Positions 49,151 through 60,677 of a DNA stretch of 64,000 nt are shown in pieces. The stretch lies in NCBI GenBank assembly GCA_963756375.1, contig CAVWNJ010000005.1, forward strand, positions 1,640,440 through 1,704,439. Direction: 5' to 3'. Each line of letters starts with the position of its first letter. Positions within the stretch are counted from its first letter, which is position 1. The DNA is from an uncultured Actinomycetota bacterium (GTDB lineage: Bacteria > Actinomycetota > Actinomycetes > Actinomycetales > Microbacteriaceae). The notes beneath the pieces were generated by a model. It saw only the letters and a list, made by a program, of their open reading frames with translations, was not told the origin of the DNA and made no database searches. The translations under genes and the position numbers were made by a program.

Positions 49151-50149
49151 CTACTTTACCGCATGCTGGGAGGTGCTCTGAACGCGCCGCACCAGGTCGG
49201 TGTTGAGCGCTGCCGCGAGCTTCGCGCCGGCACCCGCCGCCACGATGAGTTGCTGCGGCCCCGGAGGGGTCGGGTCGCCGGCTGCGTAGACGCCATCGGC
49301 ACTGGTTCGGCCGACCGGGTCGATCACGACAAAGCCATCGGCATCCAGGTCAACGCCGAGACCGGCGAGGTAGCCGAGGCGCGGCTCGTAGACCGGGCGC
49401 ACGAAGGCGGCCGAGCGGGGTACGACGGTGCCGTCGGTGAGCTGGATGCCGGTGAGGCCGGTCTGGTCGCCGGTGACGTCGGCGAGCGGACGTGTGTCGA
49501 CCGCGATGCCGCGTTCGGCGAGCGCCGCGGCATCCGCCTCGCTGATCTCGGCGATGCCGCCGGTGAACACGATGATGTCGTCGCTCCACTGCGACAGCAG
49601 GATGGCGCGGTGGGCGAGGTCCGCTGTCTCGCCGATGACCGCGATCGGCTTGCCGCGCTCCTCGTACCCGTCGCATTCGATGCAGCTGTGGATGCTCGTG
49701 CCGTAGAACGCGCGCAGCGTCGGCAGAGCCGGCATCACCTCTGCCACACCGGATGCCACGACGATGGTGCGCGCCCGGTACTGACGTTTCTCGAAGCCCG
49801 GGCCCTTGGTCGACACGAGAAAGCCGCCATCCGCCCGCTCCACAGCCATCACCTGGGTCTGATGGAACTCGTAGTGCGGGTACTCCTCCAGCTCCTGCCG
49901 CGCCAGCTTGCGCAACTCGAGCGGCGGGATGCCGTCGCGCGTGATGAACCCGTGCGAGTGGAAGGTGGCCGCGTTGCGCGGACGGTTGCTGTCGAGCAGG
50001 ATGGTGCGCCGCCGCGCACGCACCAGGTTCAGTGCGGCGCTCAACCCCGCAGGGCCCGCGCCCACGATCGCGACGTCGTAGTCGGTGCCCGCGTCATCGG
50101 TCGACGCCCGATCGGTCGGGTGCCGCTGCACGAACACCGGCTCGGTCAC
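49151..50149 (-). CDS. NAD(P)/FAD-dependent oxidoreductase (thioredoxin reductase-like)
   Basis: FAD motif [13 protein letters not shown], a second dinucleotide motif and a C-terminal GD motif (YAAGD). GTG start, overlapping the gltX stop. Confidence 0.8.
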   Translation of the reverse strand: MTEPVFVQRHPTDRASTDDAGTDYDVAIVGAGPAGLSAALNLVRARRRTILLDSNRPRNAATFHSHGFITRDGIPPLELRKLARQELEEYPHYEFHQTQVMAVERADGGFLVSTKGPGFEKRQYRARTIVVASGVAEVMPALPTLRAFYGTSIHSCIECDGYEERGKPIAVIGETADLAHRAILLSQWSDDIIVFTGGIAEISEADAAALAERGIAVDTRPLADVTGDQTGLTGIQLTDGTVVPRSAAFVRPVYEPRLGYLAGLGVDLDADGFVVIDPVGRTSADGVYAAGDPTPPGPQQLIVAAGAGAKLAAALNTDLVRRVQSTSQHAVK

Positions 50150-51621
50150 AGGGTGGCTGCCAACCGTTCGAGGCGCACCAGCGTGGACGTGCGACCGAGC
50201 AACTCCATCGATTCGAACAGCGGCGGGCTGATGCGGCGCCCGGAGATCGCGGCGCGCAACGGTCCGAACGCCACCCGGGGCTTCAGACCGAGACCCTCGA
50301 TGAGCGAGGCGCGGAGGGCCTCCTCGATCGCGGGGGTCGACCAGTCCTCCACAGCCCCCAGCGCGGTGATGGATGCCTCGAGGGTGGGTTTCGCGGCCAC
50401 ACCGGGCAGCGCATCCGCCTCCCAGGCGAGCGCCTCGTCGTCGGTGAACAGGAAGCGCAGGAGGTCGGGTGCCTCGCCGAGCAGTTGCATCCGCTCCTGC
50501 ACGAGGGGCGCCGCGGCCTGCAGCATCGCGCGGTGCTCGTCGGTCTGCACCAGGTCACCGAGATACGGGAGGAGCCGCTCGGCGAACACGTCGGCCGGCA
50601 GCAGGCGGATGTGGTCACCGTTGATCGATTCGGCCTTCTTCACATCGAAGCGGGCCGGGTTCGGGTTCACATCCTCCACGTCGAAGGCTGCGACCATCTC
50701 GTCGATGGAGAACACGTCGCGGTCGTGCGTGAGCGACCAGCCGAGAAGCGCGAGGTAGTTGATGAGACCCTCCGGCAGGAATCCGCGTTCGCGGTGCAGG
50801 AACAGGTTCGACTCGGGATCGCGCTTGCTGAGCTTCTTGTTGCCCTCCCCCGTCACGTAGGGCAGGTGCCCGAACCGCGGGATCGCCGTGGCCACGCCGA
50901 CCTCGATGAGCGCGTGATACAGCGCGATCTGTCGCGGGGTGGAGGAGAGCAGGTCCTCACCCCGCAGCACGTGGGTGATGCCCATGAGCGCGTCATCCAC
51001 CGGGTTCACGAAGGTGTAGAGCGGTGCGCCGTTCGGCCGCACCACCACGAAGTCGGTGAAGCTTCCCGCCGGGAACGTGATCTCGCCACGCACCAGGTCA
51101 TCGAAGCTGAGGTCGGTGTCCGGCACGCGCAGACGAAGCGCCGGCGAGCGTCCCTCATCGCGGAACGCCTGGCGCTCCTCGTCGCTGAGCTCACGCTCGA
51201 AGTTGTCGTACCCCTGCTTGGGGTCGCGACCGTTCGCGATGTTGCGCGCCTCGATCTCCTCGCCGGTGGCGAAGCTCTCGTACAGGTGGCCCGACTCCAG
51301 CAACTGCGCGATCACGTCGTCGTAGATGCTCGTGCGCAGCGACTGACGGTACGGGCCGTGCGGGCCGCCCACGTCGATGCCCTCGTCCCAGTCGAGTTTC
51401 AGCCAACTGAGGGCATCCACGATCTGCGCGTAGCTCTCCTCGCTGTCGCGGGCCGCATCAGTGTCTTCGATGCGGAACACGAACGTGCCGCCGGTGTGCC
51501 GGGCGTAGGCCCAGTTGAACAGGGCGGTGCGGATGAGCCCGACGTGGGGTGTGCCGGTGGGGGACGGGCAGAACCGCACGCGAACATCGGCGCCGGTGGC
51601 TGTGGAGAATGAGGCAGACAT
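50146..51621 (-). CDS. gltX: glutamate--tRNA ligase
   Basis: 491 aa with a class I HIGH region ([19 protein letters not shown]) and a KMSKS-like motif (KLSKR). Confidence 0.9.
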   Translation of the reverse strand: MSASFSTATGADVRVRFCPSPTGTPHVGLIRTALFNWAYARHTGGTFVFRIEDTDAARDSEESYAQIVDALSWLKLDWDEGIDVGGPHGPYRQSLRTSIYDDVIAQLLESGHLYESFATGEEIEARNIANGRDPKQGYDNFERELSDEERQAFRDEGRSPALRLRVPDTDLSFDDLVRGEITFPAGSFTDFVVVRPNGAPLYTFVNPVDDALMGITHVLRGEDLLSSTPRQIALYHALIEVGVATAIPRFGHLPYVTGEGNKKLSKRDPESNLFLHRERGFLPEGLINYLALLGWSLTHDRDVFSIDEMVAAFDVEDVNPNPARFDVKKAESINGDHIRLLPADVFAERLLPYLGDLVQTDEHRAMLQAAAPLVQERMQLLGEAPDLLRFLFTDDEALAWEADALPGVAAKPTLEASITALGAVEDWSTPAIEEALRASLIEGLGLKPRVAFGPLRAAISGRRISPPLFESMELLGRTSTLVRLERLAATL

Positions 51622-51744
51622 AGGCCCCCGATTCTACGGGAGCACGATGCGGATGCCCGGGCCCGGGCTTGCGGGCTGCGCGCGCCTGCGCGGCGCTCGG
51701 CACGCGGGCGCGCGCGCGCGGCGCTCGGCACGCGGCGGGCGCGC

Positions 51745-52130
51745 GGCATGCGCGCGTGTCCGATGCAGGCGCGCACGGCGGCGCGGGCATGCGCGGCACG
51801 GGCGCGCGGGGCGGGCGCGGCGGGCGGATTCACACCGAGACCGCGCATCCCGTCGTGCTCCCCGACGCGGTGCGCGCCTGTATCGGACTGGCGCGGGTGT
51901 TAACCATGCGCGCGTGTCCGATGCAGGCGCGCACGGCGGCCCGGGCGCGCGTGCGGCGGTCAGCCGTGCGTTCGGGCGGCGCGGGGCGGGGCGGGTCGGG
52001 TCGGGCGGATGTCACACCACGAGAGCCGCGCATCCCGCTCGTGCATCTCCCCGACGCGGTGTGCGCGCCTGTATCGGACTGGCGCGGGTGTTAGACCATG
52101 CGCGGGTGTCCGATACAGGCGCGCATGTGA
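51745..52130. repeat. second repeat family: two full and one partial copy of a roughly 100-bp GC-rich element ending in a 15-bp-arm hairpin (gcgcctgtatcggac ... gtccgatacaggcgc)
   Basis: Copies at about 51834-51938 and 52010-52126, plus a partial copy at 51747-51780, in the gltX upstream intergenic region. Confidence 0.8.
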
Positions 52131-52280
52131 AAGGCGGCACCGCGAGCCGCGCCGCCGCCCCGCACCCCGCGCCGAGGCACCCCCGCCCCGCACCACCGCC
52201 CGCACCCCGCGCCCGCGCCAAGGCTCGCCGCCGCGCCGCCGCACCCGCACCGAGCCACGCCCCACGCGCCCCGCCCCGCG

Positions 52281-53360
52281 TCACACCAGCAGCAGCGTCA
52301 CATACGCCATGGCGAGGATGGCGGCCCAGGCGAGCGCGCCGGCGAGGAACGCACGCCCGCCGGTGCGCACGAGCTTCTCGAGGCGCAGGCTCGCACCGAT
52401 GGCGAAGAGGGCTGCGGCGAGCAGGGCGGATTGCAGCACGTCCGCGACCGAGAGCAGCGCATCCGGCAGCGGCACGAACGAGCGCAGAAGCACGGCCACG
52501 AGGAATCCGACGATGAACAACGGCACGAGGGGCGGTGTCGCCCGACTGACCGGCCCGGCGAAGGGTCCGGCAACCGTGTTGCCCGCGGAGTCGACGCCAC
52601 GAGGTGCGTCGACCGGGGCGGATGCCGCGTCGCGCGCTCCCCGCCGACGCGTGCCCACCGACGCGAGCGCCACCATGGGCGCGAGCATGAGCACGCGGGT
52701 GAGCTTCACCACCACGGCGACGGCGAGCGCCGCCGTGCCCGCGGTGCTCGCGGTGGCCACCACCTGGCCCACGTCGTGCACACTCGCCCCCGCCCAATGA
52801 CCGAACTGGGCGGGATCGAGCGACAGCGCAGAGGCGAGCACCGGCAACACGACGATGGCGAGCGTGCCGTAGACGGTGACCATGGCGATCGGAACGGCGG
52901 AGTCGCGGTCATCGGAATCGCGGGCGGCCGCCATCGCCCCCACCGCAGACACCCCGCAGATGGAGAACCCGGCAGCGAGAAGCACCGGCTGATCGCCTTC
53001 GAGCTTCAGCCAGCGACCGATCAGCAGGGTCACCGCGAAACTCGCGACCACGAGCGCCACGATGCCGAGGATGGCGGGCACACCGAGGCCCGCGATGTCG
53101 GTGAGGCTGAGCTTGAGCCCGAGCACGACGATTCCGAGCCGCAGCAGGCGACGTGCGGCGACGGCAAGGCCGGGCTTGAGTGGTCCGTCGAGCCGGGGTC
53201 GAGCCGGCCGAACGCTGCCGACGATCACCCCGACCACGAGAGCCGCGGTGAGCCAGGGCACGGCAGGAAGCGCGAGATGGATGCCGTAACCGACGGCGGC
53301 GCCGAGGCCGGCGAGCATCAGGCCGGGAAGCCACGGCGGCGTCATCTGTCGGGTGGGCAC
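52281..53360 (-). CDS. YeiH/UPF0324 family putative sulfate exporter membrane protein
   Basis: 359 aa with 10 or more TM helices and YeiH-family composition. Alternative ATG at 53345. Confidence 0.7.
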   Translation of the reverse strand: MPTRQMTPPWLPGLMLAGLGAAVGYGIHLALPAVPWLTAALVVGVIVGSVRPARPRLDGPLKPGLAVAARRLLRLGIVVLGLKLSLTDIAGLGVPAILGIVALVVASFAVTLLIGRWLKLEGDQPVLLAAGFSICGVSAVGAMAAARDSDDRDSAVPIAMVTVYGTLAIVVLPVLASALSLDPAQFGHWAGASVHDVGQVVATASTAGTAALAVAVVVKLTRVLMLAPMVALASVGTRRRGARDAASAPVDAPRGVDSAGNTVAGPFAGPVSRATPPLVPLFIVGFLVAVLLRSFVPLPDALLSVADVLQSALLAAALFAIGASLRLEKLVRTGGRAFLAGALAWAAILAMAYVTLLLV

Positions 53361-53386
53361 CGTTCGAGACTAGGCGGTGACGCCAA

Positions 53387-54679
53387 TCAGGCGGGCCCCG
53401 CGCGAAGCACGCCCGGACGGCGCGTGATCACCACGGCCGCGGCGATCAGCACCACCACCACCAGTCCACTGGCGGCGAACGACATCCCCGCGAAGCCGAG
53501 CAGCACGAGGACCGGGCCTGCTCCGGCGCCGCCGACCGCACCGGCCAGATTCATCACGAGGTCGGCCCTGCCCTGCACCCTCGTGCGGGCCGGTGTCGCG
53601 ACAGCGTCGGTGAGCAGGGCGGATGCCGCGACGGTGGACGCACTCCACCCCACGCCGAGCAGCACGAGCCCCACCGTCACCGACCCGCCGGCGTCGGCCC
53701 CGAACCCGGTCGTGGCGACCGCCGCGACGAGAAGCACCTGGCCTGCGAGCACGGTCGGCACGCGGCCGAAACGGTCGGCCATGATGCCGAAGAGCGGCGA
53801 GAACAGGAACATGCCGGCGATGTGCAGGCTGATCACGATTCCGACGATCTGGATGGTCGCGCCCGACTGCATCAGATGCACCGGAGTCATCGCCATCACC
53901 GACACCATGGTCGCGTGGGAGAGGCCGAGCGCCACGAAGGCGAATGCCACCAGCATCCGATCTGTGCGCTCCTCCGCCACCGGCGAGCCAGCGGGCGCCT
54001 CCGCGGCGCTCAGCGCAAGCCGGTCGCGCAGCAGAAGTGGGTCGGGCCGGAGCCCGGCGAAATAGAGCACGGCGGCGGCGATCTGTGCCGCAAGCGCAAA
54101 GAGGAAGACCCCGCTGAGCGGTGGCAGGCCGAAGGCATCCCCCAGCGCCTCACCCGGCCCGACGAGGTTCGGACCCGCCACGGCCCCGACGACCGTCGAC
54201 CAGACCACGACGGAGAGGTCGCGCCCGCGGTGCCGCGGGTCGGCGAGGTCGGATGCCGCGAACCGCGACTGCAGCCCGACGGCGGCACCGCTGCCGATCA
54301 TGGCGAACGCCACGAGGAGCAGCGGGAATGACCCGACGACGGCGGCGACGATCGCGAGCGCTGCGCCGACCGCCGCTGTGGCGGATCCGAGGCTGAGCGC
54401 GATCCGCCTGCCCCTCCGGCCGGCGAGGGCGGCAAGCGGCACGGCCACGACGGCGGCTCCGAGCGTGCTCAGGGTGGCGGCCATACCCGACAGGGCGGCG
54501 TCGCCGGAGACCGCCTCGGCGAGCAGGGCGCCGAGCGCGAGGCTGGAACCGAGCGACAGTCCGCCCAGCACCTGACCGACGACGAGCACCCCGAGGGTGC
54601 GCCGCTGCACGCGGATCAGCGCGGCCGGGTCAGACCACGTCGCCGCACCGGCGTTCGCGGCATCCGACGCCCGCATCAT
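53387..54679 (-). CDS. MFS transporter
   Basis: Start chosen at MMRASDAANAG (ATGATG 54674-54679) inside ORF 53387..54991. 12-TM MFS. Confidence 0.75.
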   Translation of the reverse strand: MMRASDAANAGAATWSDPAALIRVQRRTLGVLVVGQVLGGLSLGSSLALGALLAEAVSGDAALSGMAATLSTLGAAVVAVPLAALAGRRGRRIALSLGSATAAVGAALAIVAAVVGSFPLLLVAFAMIGSGAAVGLQSRFAASDLADPRHRGRDLSVVVWSTVVGAVAGPNLVGPGEALGDAFGLPPLSGVFLFALAAQIAAAVLYFAGLRPDPLLLRDRLALSAAEAPAGSPVAEERTDRMLVAFAFVALGLSHATMVSVMAMTPVHLMQSGATIQIVGIVISLHIAGMFLFSPLFGIMADRFGRVPTVLAGQVLLVAAVATTGFGADAGGSVTVGLVLLGVGWSASTVAASALLTDAVATPARTRVQGRADLVMNLAGAVGGAGAGPVLVLLGFAGMSFAASGLVVVVLIAAAVVITRRPGVLRAGPA

Positions 54680-54681
54680 GT

Positions 54682-55446
54682 TCAGCGGTTGCGTGCCGGG
54701 TTCGTGAGGGTGCCGATGCCGTCGATCGTGATGTCGATGGTCTGCCCGTCGACGAAGCCGCCGAGGCCGGCCGGGGTGCCGGTCATGATGATGTCGCCGG
54801 GGAGCAGGGTCCACACGTCGGAGGCGAATTCGATGATCTCCGGGATGCCGTGGATCATGTCGGAGGTGTTGCCCTGACGGCGCGGCTCGCCGTCGACGAA
54901 GGTGGTGATGTTCACGTTCGACGCATCGAGGTCGGTCTCGATCCACGGACCGATCGGCGCAAACGTGTCGTAGCCCTTCGCGCGCGCCCACTGGCCGTCG
55001 GCGAACATCACGTCTCGAGCCGAGACGTCGTTTCCGATCGTGTAGCCGAACACGTAGTCGGCGTAGTCGGCCGCCTTGATCTGCTTGCCGATCTTGCCGA
55101 TCACGATCACGAGCTCGCCCTCGTGCACGATGCGGCCCTCGACCGGCGGAATGAGGATCGCATCGCCCGGGCCGACGACCGCGGTGTTGGGCTTGAGGAA
55201 GATGAGCGGGTTCGCCGGACCCAGGTCGCCCATGTCGGCCTTGTGCTCGGCGTAGTTGAGTCCGACGCAGATCACCTTGGAGCGCGGGATGACCGGCGCG
55301 AGCAGCTTCGCGTCGGCAAGGGGCACCCGCTCCCCCGTGGTGTCGTATCCGCTGAACATGGGGTCTCCGGCGAGCACGACGAGATGGTCGTCGTCGACGA
55401 TCCCGAATCGAGGGTCGCCACCGGTACTGAAACGCGCGATCTTCAC
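54682..55446 (-). CDS. fumarylacetoacetate hydrolase (FAH) family protein
   Basis: 254 aa. Motifs GLNYAEH ... GELVIVIGK ... PGDIIMTGTPAG typical of FAH-family hydratases and decarboxylases. Confidence 0.85.
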   Translation of the reverse strand: MKIARFSTGGDPRFGIVDDDHLVVLAGDPMFSGYDTTGERVPLADAKLLAPVIPRSKVICVGLNYAEHKADMGDLGPANPLIFLKPNTAVVGPGDAILIPPVEGRIVHEGELVIVIGKIGKQIKAADYADYVFGYTIGNDVSARDVMFADGQWARAKGYDTFAPIGPWIETDLDASNVNITTFVDGEPRRQGNTSDMIHGIPEIIEFASDVWTLLPGDIIMTGTPAGLGGFVDGQTIDITIDGIGTLTNPARNR

Positions 55447-55501
55447 CCTGCGAGCCTAGCCCCCGGGACGCCGAGCCCCCGTGGCCAGCGGCGACGGACG
55501 G

Positions 55502-56629
55502 TCAGCGGTCGAGGCGCGTCATCCAGCCGTGACGATCCTCAGCGCGGCCGTACTGGATGTCGGTGAGCTCCTGCCGAAGGGACATGGTCAACTCGCCAGG
55601 GGTGGCATCCGCAGAGCCGACCTCGAATTCGGTGCCGTCGGCGTCGACGCCCTTGAGCAGACCGATCGGGGTGACCACCGCTGCCGTGCCGCACGCGAAC
55701 ACCTCGGTGATCTCACCCGAGCTGACGCCCTCGCGCCATTCGTCGATGCTCACTCGGCGACGCTCCACGCGGTGGCCGCGGTCTTCGGCGAGCTGCAGGA
55801 TGCTGTCGCGCGTGATGCCCTCGAGGATCGAGTCGGAGTGCGGGGTCACGAGCGTGCCGTCCTTGTAGACGAGCACCACGTTCATTCCGCCGAGCTCTTC
55901 GATGTAGGTGCCCTCCACCGAGTCGAGGAACAGCACCTGCTGGCAGCCGTGCCCGCTCGCCTCGGCCTGAGCCACGAGCGACGCGGCGTAGTTGCCTCCG
56001 GTCTTCGCGGCGCCGGTACCACCCTTGCCCGCTCGGGAGTAGGTGGTGGAGAGCCAGATCGACACGGGCGCGACACCGCCGGTGAAGTAGGCGCCCGCCG
56101 GGCTCGCGATCACGTAGTAGTTCACCTTCGCGGCCGGGCGCACCCCGAGGAACGCCTCCTTCGCGAACATGAACGGGCGGAGGTAGAGGGAGGTCTCGGG
56201 CGCCGTCGGCACCCAGTCGGCGTCGACGGCGATGAGCTGCTTCAGCGACTCCACGAAGTACTCGGTGGGCAGCTCGGGAAGCGCCATCCGCTTCGCCGAG
56301 CGCTGCATCCTGGCGGCGTTCGCCTCCGGTCGGAACGACCAGATGGAGCCGTCGGCATGACGGTAGGCCTTCAGCCCCTCGAAGATCTCCTGTCCGTAGT
56401 GCAGCACAGCGGCGGCAGGGTCGAGAGCGATCGGACCGTAGGGCTGCACCCGCGGGCGGTGCCAACCGCCGCGCTCGGACCAGCAGACGTCCACCATGTG
56501 GTCGGTGAAATGCTGCCCGAACCCTGGGGCCGCGAGGATCTCCTCGCGTGCGGCATCCGCCACGGCGTCTGGATTCTTCTTCACCAGGAACTGCAGGTCG
56601 CGTTGCGCCATCGGCAGGTGGATCGTCAT
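55502..56629 (-). CDS. ilvE: branched-chain amino acid aminotransferase
   Basis: 375 aa class IV aminotransferase (long IlvE form) with [10 protein letters not shown] and GTAAVVTPI motifs. Confidence 0.9.
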   Translation of the reverse strand: MTIHLPMAQRDLQFLVKKNPDAVADAAREEILAAPGFGQHFTDHMVDVCWSERGGWHRPRVQPYGPIALDPAAAVLHYGQEIFEGLKAYRHADGSIWSFRPEANAARMQRSAKRMALPELPTEYFVESLKQLIAVDADWVPTAPETSLYLRPFMFAKEAFLGVRPAAKVNYYVIASPAGAYFTGGVAPVSIWLSTTYSRAGKGGTGAAKTGGNYAASLVAQAEASGHGCQQVLFLDSVEGTYIEELGGMNVVLVYKDGTLVTPHSDSILEGITRDSILQLAEDRGHRVERRRVSIDEWREGVSSGEITEVFACGTAAVVTPIGLLKGVDADGTEFEVGSADATPGELTMSLRQELTDIQYGRAEDRHGWMTRLDR

Positions 56630-56680
56630 GGTCGTGTCTTTTCGTTCGGAAGGCCGGTAGGTCGGTGGGATGCGCTCGGT

Positions 56681-57763
56681 CTAGTGTGCGCGCTCGGCGG
56701 CCGTTTCGCGGCCCGCTGTCTGCAATCGGGCCACGATGGCATCGCCCACCTGCGCCGTGCTGCGCGGTGCGGATGCCCGATCGCCGAGATCGGCGCCCAC
56801 CGCCGCCGTCACCCTGGCTGCGGCATCCGCGAGACCAAGATGTGCGAGCAGGAGCGAGACCGACAGGATCGCCGCGGTCGGATCGGCCCGTCCGGTGCCC
56901 GCGATGTCGGGCGCCGAACCGTGCACCGGCTCGAACATACTCGGAAACGCGCCCTCGGGGTTGATGTTCCCTGAGGCCGCAAGCCCGATGCCACCGCTGA
57001 TCGCGCCGGCAAGATCGGTGAGGATGTCGCCGAACAGGTTGTCGGTGGCGATCACGTCGAAGCGCGCCGGGTCGGTGACAAGGAAGATGGTGGCCGCGTC
57101 GACGTGCAGGTAGTCGACTGTCACCCCCGGATACTCGGCCGCGACCGCGTCGACCGTTCGCTGCCACAGCGACCCGGCGTGCACGAGCACATTCGTCTTG
57201 TGCACGAGGGTGAGCCGGTTGCGCCGGGTCGTCGCCAACTCGAAGGCGTAGCGCACGAGCCGCTCGACGCCGAACGCGGTGTTCACGCTCACCTCGTTGG
57301 CGATCTCGTGCGGGGTGCCCACGCGGATGCCGCCGCCGTTGCCCACGTACGGTCCCTCCGTGCCTTCCCGCACCACCACGAAGTCGACGTCGCCAGGCGA
57401 CGCGAGCGGCGACGGCACGGTCGGGTACAGCACGGTGGGGCGGAGGTTCACGTAGTGGTCGAACGCGAAGCGGAGCTTCAGCAGCAGGCCGCGCTCGATG
57501 ATGCCGCCGGCGAGCCTTGGGTCGCGAGGGTCTCCCCCGACGGCGCCGAGCAGGATGCCGTCGTGCGCCCGAAGCGACTCGAGATCGGTGTCGTCGAGGA
57601 TGCTGCCGGTGGCGAGGAAATGCCCGGCGCCGAACGGGTATTCGGTGGTGCTGACGGTCGCATCGTCACCGACGGCTGCGGTGAGCACCTTGAGCGCCTC
57701 CGCGGTGACTTCCGGCCCGATTCCGTCGCCGGGGATGACCGCGAGATTCACGTGTTTCGACAT
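56681..57763 (-). CDS. leuB: 3-isopropylmalate dehydrogenase
   Basis: Start [19 protein letters not shown] (ATG 57761-57763) inside ORF 56681..57841. Isocitrate/IPM dehydrogenase motif [10 protein letters not shown]. Confidence 0.9.
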   Translation of the reverse strand: MSKHVNLAVIPGDGIGPEVTAEALKVLTAAVGDDATVSTTEYPFGAGHFLATGSILDDTDLESLRAHDGILLGAVGGDPRDPRLAGGIIERGLLLKLRFAFDHYVNLRPTVLYPTVPSPLASPGDVDFVVVREGTEGPYVGNGGGIRVGTPHEIANEVSVNTAFGVERLVRYAFELATTRRNRLTLVHKTNVLVHAGSLWQRTVDAVAAEYPGVTVDYLHVDAATIFLVTDPARFDVIATDNLFGDILTDLAGAISGGIGLAASGNINPEGAFPSMFEPVHGSAPDIAGTGRADPTAAILSVSLLLAHLGLADAAARVTAAVGADLGDRASAPRSTAQVGDAIVARLQTAGRETAAERAH

Positions 57764-57876
57764 GAAACGAGCGTAGCGGAGCACGCCGACGGCACTCGTC
57801 GCCGGTATTCTTACAGCTACATCATGCCCGGCGCTGCGCATACGCGGACCGCCGTGCCGTCGAAAGGATCAGCACC

Positions 57877-58125
57877 ATGGGTATCGGTTCCGGCATTTTC
57901 CTCTTCGTCATCGGCGCGATTCTGACCTTCGCGCTGAATGTCGAAACCTCGGTCATCAACCTCGACCTCGTGGGCTACATCCTCATGGGCGCAGGGGTTC
58001 TCGTGTTCCTCATCTCGCTGTTCATGACCATGCGTCGCCGTTCGGTCAGCACCGAGACGCGCACCGCCGTCGACCCGAACAGCGGGCAGCGCGTGACCCG
58101 CAGCGACACCAACGACAGCCTGTAA
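57877..58125 (+). CDS. small two-TM membrane protein (DUF6458-like)
   Basis: 82 aa. RBS aaaggatc upstream. Two hydrophobic helices. Confidence 0.55.
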   Translation: MGIGSGIFLFVIGAILTFALNVETSVINLDLVGYILMGAGVLVFLISLFMTMRRRSVSTETRTAVDPNSGQRVTRSDTNDSL

Positions 58126-58220
58126 CAGCCGTCCGGGCGTTCGCCCGGCGGAGGAATGCCGAAGGGCGGGAGAACACTCTCCCGCCCTTCGTGCTTTTCC
58201 GGCAGACAGCCGGCGTTTGA

Positions 58221-59810
58221 TTACTCGGTGATCTCGATCGGTCGCATCAGGTCGGCCTCGATCGCTGTACCGATGGCGGCGAGGAGCTCGTCGGCGACCG
58301 GCGAGTCGACGGTGAGTACGGAAAGAGCCTGGCCGCCGGCCTCACGGCGACTGATCTGCATGCCGGCGATGTTGATGCCCGCGTCGCCGAACTCGCGACC
58401 GTACACGGCCACGATGCCAGGGCGGTCGGTGTAGACCATCACGATGTGGTGCTGCGCGATCGGCACCTCCACGTCGTAGCCGTTGATTTCGACGATCTTC
58501 TCGATCTGCTTCTGCCCCGTGAGCGTGCCGGAGACAGAGGCCTGCTTGCCGTTGCTGAGCGCCGCACGGATCGTGAGGATGTTGCGGTACTCGTCACTCA
58601 CCGGGTCGGTGAGCAGGCGCACATCGATGCCGCGCTGTTCCGCGAGAAGCGGCGCGTTCACGTACGACACGCTCTCCGAGACGATGTTCGTGAAGATGCC
58701 TTTCAGTGCCGCGAGCTTGAGCACGCTCACGTCGAATTCCACGATCTCGCCGCGCACCTCGATGTCCACGCTCGTCACCGGGCTGTCGGCGAGGCCGGAG
58801 AGCACCTGGCCGAGCTTCTCCATGAGCGGGATGCCGGGGCGCACCGTCTTGTCGATCACGCCGCCGGCGACGTTCACCGCGTCGGGCACGAGCTCGCCGG
58901 AGAGCGCGAGGCGCACCGACTTCGCCACGGAGACACCCGCCTTCTCCTGAGCCTCGTCGGTGGAGGCCCCGAGGTGCGGGGTGACGATCACGTTCGGCAG
59001 GCTGAGCAGCGGCGAGTCGGTGGGCGGCTCCTGCACGAAGACGTCGAGGCCGGCTCCGGCGATCTCACCCTCGACGAGAGCGCGGTAGAGCGCGTCCTCG
59101 TCGATGAGTCCGCCGCGGGCCACGTTCACGATGAACGCCGACCGCTTCATGAGCTTCAGCTGGTCATCCGAAATCATGCCGGTGGTCTCCGGCGTCTTCG
59201 GCATGTGGATGGTCACGAAGTCGGACTGCTCGAGCAACTCGTCGAGCGGCACGAGGGTCACGCCGAGCTGCTGGGCCCGCTGCGAGGTGACGTAGGGGTC
59301 GAAGGCGAGGATGCGCGTGCCGAACGACTGCATGCGCGCGGTGATCAACGCGCCGATGCGGCCGAGGCCGATGATGCCGATGGTCTTCTCGTACAGCTCG
59401 GTGCCGGTGTACTTCGAGCGCTTCCACTGTCCCTGCGCGAGCGCGGCGTGAGCCGGCGAGATGTGGCGGGCGAGGCTCAGGATGTGGCCGACCGTGAGTT
59501 CCGCGGCCGAGATGATGTTCGACGTGGGCGCATTCACCACCATGACACCCGCCGTGGTGGCGGACTTGATGTCGACGTTGTCGAGCCCGACGCCCGCGCG
59601 GGCGATCACCTTGAGGCTCGACGCTGCCGCGATGGCTTCCGCGTCCATCTGGGTGGCCGAGCGGATGAGCACCGCCGAGGCATCCGCGAGCGCGGAGAGC
59701 AACGCGGGGCGGTCGGTGCCGTCCACGGTGCGAACCTCGAAGTCGGGCCCGAGGGCCTCGACGGTTGCCGGGGAGAGTTCTTCGGCGATCACAACGATCG
59801 GCTTAGCCAC
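58221..59810 (-). CDS. serA: D-3-phosphoglycerate dehydrogenase (long form with ASB and ACT domains)
   Basis: GTG start at VAKPIVVIAEEL (59808-59810). 2-hydroxyacid dehydrogenase NAD motif GIIGLGRIG and a C-terminal ACT domain. Confidence 0.9.
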   Translation of the reverse strand: MAKPIVVIAEELSPATVEALGPDFEVRTVDGTDRPALLSALADASAVLIRSATQMDAEAIAAASSLKVIARAGVGLDNVDIKSATTAGVMVVNAPTSNIISAAELTVGHILSLARHISPAHAALAQGQWKRSKYTGTELYEKTIGIIGLGRIGALITARMQSFGTRILAFDPYVTSQRAQQLGVTLVPLDELLEQSDFVTIHMPKTPETTGMISDDQLKLMKRSAFIVNVARGGLIDEDALYRALVEGEIAGAGLDVFVQEPPTDSPLLSLPNVIVTPHLGASTDEAQEKAGVSVAKSVRLALSGELVPDAVNVAGGVIDKTVRPGIPLMEKLGQVLSGLADSPVTSVDIEVRGEIVEFDVSVLKLAALKGIFTNIVSESVSYVNAPLLAEQRGIDVRLLTDPVSDEYRNILTIRAALSNGKQASVSGTLTGQKQIEKIVEINGYDVEVPIAQHHIVMVYTDRPGIVAVYGREFGDAGINIAGMQISRREAGGQALSVLTVDSPVADELLAAIGTAIEADLMRPIEITE

Positions 59811-59926
59811 GAATTTCTGTCCTTTGGTCGCCGGAAAAATACCAAAGCCGAGTTTAGCGGGCGGGCGAAGTGCCGGGTCGCTGAGACGGAGGGGGCACAC
59901 TGAGCGCATGGACGAAACCGAAATAC

Positions 59927-60304
59927 GTGGCGGCGCAGTGGGTGCTCCGCGGTCTGCTCGCGGCGGTCTTCGTCGCGATGGGGATCATGCACTTCGTGCC
60001 GGGGCCGGCCCGAACCATGGCCGCGCTCATCCCGCCCGGGCTCAGACGGGAGCGGATGCCGTCTCCCGCCGCCCTCGTCGCGTTCACCGGGGTGTGCGAA
60101 CTGGCCGGGGGCATCGGCCTCCTGATCCCCGCGACGCGGGTGGCCGCTGCGATCGGTCTCGTGGCTTTTCTCATCGCCGTCTGGCCCGCGAACCGCTTCG
60201 CCTCCGAGCATCCGGAGCGCTTCGGACCCGTCGCCGTGCCGTTCTGGCGGCGCTATGCGGCGCAGTTGGCGCTCATCCTCGCGGTGATCATCGCGGCGCT
60301 CTGA
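59927..60304 (+). CDS. DoxX-like small membrane protein
   Basis: 125 aa with 4 TM. GTG start. Confidence 0.55.
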   Translation: MAAQWVLRGLLAAVFVAMGIMHFVPGPARTMAALIPPGLRRERMPSPAALVAFTGVCELAGGIGLLIPATRVAAAIGLVAFLIAVWPANRFASEHPERFGPVAVPFWRRYAAQLALILAVIIAAL

Positions 60305-60314
60305 GCGAGTTGTC

Positions 60315-60677
60315 TCAGGCGAGGGCGATGAGGGAGAGCGTGAGGGCCGCGACGACGGTGAGCCCCGCGGCGAACAGCAGCGCTCGCATCCCGATCGATC
60401 GACCTCGACCGAGGGCCGCAGCCGTCGCGTAGGCCACGGGCGGAAGCGCGATCGTGGCAACGAGCAGCGCCCACGGCACAGCGGCGGGGGTGAGCCCGTT
60501 CTCCTCGGCGAACGCGTTGTAGGCATCGAGTTGCGCGGTGACGCCCACGAGGTTCGAGATCGCCTCGAACAGGTCGTAGGCATAGAGGAGCGCGAAGAGG
60601 ACCGCGACCACCAGCACGGTCCACTGGCGCACGCCTCGGCTTCTCGGGCGCCCGGCGTCCGTTTCGCGGCTCACGCG
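60315..60677 (-). CDS. hypothetical small membrane protein (downstream of, and possibly one frameshifted gene with, 60671-61168)
   Basis: Hydrophobic 3-TM ORF in a different frame from the upstream ORF, overlapping it by a few nucleotides. Start uncertain. Confidence 0.35.
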   Translation of the reverse strand, partial: RVSRETDAGRPRSRGVRQWTVLVVAVLFALLYAYDLFEAISNLVGVTAQLDAYNAFAEENGLTPAAVPWALLVATIALPPVAYATAAALGRGRSIGMRALLFAAGLTVVAALTLSLIALA

